Origin: Candidatus Saccharimonadota bacterium
Lineage (GTDB): Bacteria; Pseudomonadota; Gammaproteobacteria; Enterobacterales; Enterobacteriaceae
Assembly (NCBI RefSeq): GCF_014857065.1
Contig: NZ_CP046533.1
Location: forward strand, 690,001 to 722,000
Reading direction: 5' to 3'
Length of the DNA stretch: 32,000 nucleotides
The first letter of the stretch is position 1. Every line of letters begins with the position of its first letter. The position numbers were made by a program, and so were the translations under genes. This document shows positions 30,167 to 32,000 of the stretch, piece after piece. Below the pieces are notes generated by a model. The model was given only the letters and a program-made list of their open reading frames with translations, made no database searches and was not told the origin of the DNA.

Positions 30167-30848
30167 TATTATTAAACGAGTATAGATTTCTTATAAGATA
30201 AAGGGCTTGGATTCTTGTATTTATCAATTAAGATTAGAGTTTAAATATTATATATATAAATATTACACTTTAAACCTTATTTTTATAAAGTTGCGTTATT
30301 AAAATATTTTAATGAAATAGCTTTGTAAATTAATCATTAGGATTACAGGTCACTCCGTGGGATAATTTTTATTTATTAGAGTTTATTTGAGTTGTTTATG
30401 TTAGTTTAATTGGTAAATTTTAAATATATAGTAACATCAAATGTTAAATAATATGAATTGAAACTACATTTTCGATGAAATAGTTTTAATTTTTAGTTTT
30501 ATTTATTTTTTAGTAGATATTATTTTTGTTCAATCATTTTGTTTTTGTTTATTAATTTCTTAATTTTAAAATGGTTTTGTATTATTCAGACGAAATATAA
30601 TGTTATTTATTCATTAATAATGTATTAAATGTTTATCTGAAATTTATGTTATTTTATTCAATTTTATTATTTATTTTGAAGTTTAGTGTATTGTTATTTT
30701 AAATAATTTGTATTTATAAAATTAGGTTTATCTATTGATAGGTACAGTGGTACTATATTTTATGTTTAGGATATGATATTCTTATTTGAATAAATTTGTT
30801 CATAAAATCTTTTTTAATTTTAAATATTTACATTTTGTTTTTCTAATA

Positions 30849-32000
30849 ATGCCTAGTTGTTTATTTAAATTACAAAAAATGACATTGTTATTTTTAACAT
30901 TGTCAATTACGATTATGTTTATTTATAAATTTTATATTTGTTTTTTTATTTATCATAATTTTCAAAACTGCATTATTTTAATTGAGCAAAAATCCTTCAG
31001 AAATTTATTTCATCAAACTAATATAGTTGATAAACATGAATTATTTGAAATTAATTTTAATAATAATAGATTTATTAACAATAAAATGTGTAATGTTACA
31101 TATGTTCGTGATGAAATATATGTTAATGATTTTACTATACGTAATATGGTATTTTTTAATTTAAAATCTGTGTGTTTTTATGATATTAAATATTTAATCT
31201 TGTTTTTATTACAAATTTTTTTAGGGAAAATTAAACAATATTTACCCATAAATTTTTTATATCAAGAAAAAATAATAGAATTTTTAGATGATGATCTTTT
31301 ATCACGACATGTTTTAATACAAGAATCTGAATTTTGGCATAAGAAAACCATCATTATTCAAAATGATGGTAATTTTATTTCTAACCTTCGTGCTGCTGGA
31401 TTAACTGATAATGATATTAGTATCATATATCAAGCTTTGCAATGGCAGTTAGATTTATGTTCTTTGCGAAAAGGGGATCAATTTTCAATTCTTATATCAC
31501 GTAAACGTTTTGATAAAAAAAAAAATTATGGGACTTTACTTGGAATGAAATTACATGCAGGGGATAAGGATTATTATGCATTTCGCACTAAGGATGGGAA
31601 TTTCTGTAATTTAAAAGCAATGTGTCCTTCTGAAGGTTTTATGAGATTTCCTATTGTAAAAAAATTTCGCATTTCTTCTACTTTTAATATGCATCGATTA
31701 AATCCGGTGACTGGTCGTATTTCTCCTCATTGTGGAGTAGATTTTGCTGTTCCTATTGGTACTCCAGTTTTTGCTGTTGGGGGCGGAGAGGTGATAATTA
31801 GTAAATATGGGGGATTAATTACTGGTAATTATATAGCTATTCGTCATAATTGTAAATGTATCACACGATATATGCATTTAAAAAAAATTTTAGTTAAACG
31901 TGGTCAGAAGGTAAAAATGGGAGATAATATTGCTTTATCTGGTAATACGGGTAGAACTACGGGACCTCATTTGCATTTTGAAATTTGGGTTAATAAGCGA
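30849..32000 (+). CDS. mepM: Murein DD-endopeptidase MepM (YebA), M23/LytM peptidase; 3' end runs off the window
   Basis: Not in the ORF track because it has no stop inside the window. The frame with codons starting at positions divisible by 3 is open from 30777 to 32000. The first ATG is 30849 (MPSCLFKLQKMTLLFLTLSITIMF...), with an alternative ATG at 30879. The C-terminal half matches E. coli MepM: LRAAGLT, QWQLD...LRKGDQF, GFMRFP..K.FRISS.FN..R.NPVTGR..PH.GVDFA.P.GTPV.AVG.GEV, IAIRH......RYMHLKKILVK.GQKVK.GD.IALSGNTGR.TGPHLHFE.W. Both M23 zinc motifs (HxxxD and HLH) are intact. Confidence 0.88.
   Translation, partial: MPSCLFKLQKMTLLFLTLSITIMFIYKFYICFFIYHNFQNCIILIEQKSFRNLFHQTNIVDKHELFEINFNNNRFINNKMCNVTYVRDEIYVNDFTIRNMVFFNLKSVCFYDIKYLILFLLQIFLGKIKQYLPINFLYQEKIIEFLDDDLLSRHVLIQESEFWHKKTIIIQNDGNFISNLRAAGLTDNDISIIYQALQWQLDLCSLRKGDQFSILISRKRFDKKKNYGTLLGMKLHAGDKDYYAFRTKDGNFCNLKAMCPSEGFMRFPIVKKFRISSTFNMHRLNPVTGRISPHCGVDFAVPIGTPVFAVGGGEVIISKYGGLITGNYIAIRHNCKCITRYMHLKKILVKRGQKVKMGDNIALSGNTGRTTGPHLHFEIWVNKR
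31515..31525 (+). repeat. In-frame A11 homopolymer inside mepM
   Basis: GAT AAA AAA AAA AAT TAT (DKKKNY). Eleven consecutive A residues on the sense strand; the longest homopolymer I found inside a CDS in this window. Confidence 0.95.

Noticed and set aside
30336-30366. A relatively GC-richer patch (GGATTACAGGTCACTCCGTGGGATAA) in the aspS-mepM spacer, considered as a tRNA or sRNA remnant or a DnaA-box-like site.
   Set aside because: It has no cloverleaf elements, its best stem is only 3-4 bp, and it has three mismatches to the TTATCCACA/TGTGGATAA consensus. It is too short for any assignment, so I only mention it within the spacer finding.
1-32000. CRISPR arrays, IS elements or inverted terminal repeats, integrases, prophage genes, toxin-antitoxin pairs, restriction-modification or other defence genes, rRNA genes.
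   Set aside because: None was seen. Every ORF above 100 aa that is not a shadow ORF has a clear housekeeping identity. No regularly spaced direct repeats were found in any spacer.

Overview
This is a strongly AT-rich, housekeeping-only window (roughly 70% A+T by eye). Gene content and order look like a reduced-genome enterobacterial insect endosymbiont, Blochmannia/Buchnera-like; I cannot name the species from sequence alone. I support 24 protein genes and 3 tRNAs. In order they are ubiG (partial, -), gyrA, an OmpF/OmpC-family porin, ddlA, rplY (-), folE, metG (-) and gnd. Next comes a complete, tightly packed hisGDCBHAFI operon (-), then sbcB (-), yeeX and a gutQ-type arabinose-5-phosphate isomerase. 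The three tRNAs follow: tRNA-Asn(GTT), tRNA-Ser(CGA) and tRNA-Ser(GGA). The window ends with mdtH (-), murJ, argS (-), aspS and mepM/yebA (partial, open at the window end and therefore missing from the ORF track). From my memory of the E. coli K-12 map, the backbone is collinear with about min 50 to 42, compressed into 32 kb. Three insertions interrupt it: ddlA, gutQ and a serX-mdtH-murJ block. All 14 short ORFs in the track that lie antisense to or inside these genes are shadow ORFs. I looked on both strands for CRISPR arrays, IS or transposon ends, phage, integrase, toxin-antitoxin or defence genes, long repeats and structured-RNA islands, and found none. I do not see convincing evidence of a novel biological system here; this reads as an ordinary core-genome region of a degenerate symbiont. 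The most notable items are modest. There is a perfect 21-bp-arm palindrome just upstream of folE. The his operon has no His-codon leader or attenuator. MetRS naturally lacks its C-terminal domain. None of the tRNA genes encodes a 3' CCA. Long in-frame poly(A) tracts occur, including A11 in mepM and a T10-CGCG-A8 palindrome in hisI. Several 400-680 bp gene-free spacers sit where E. coli carries many genes.
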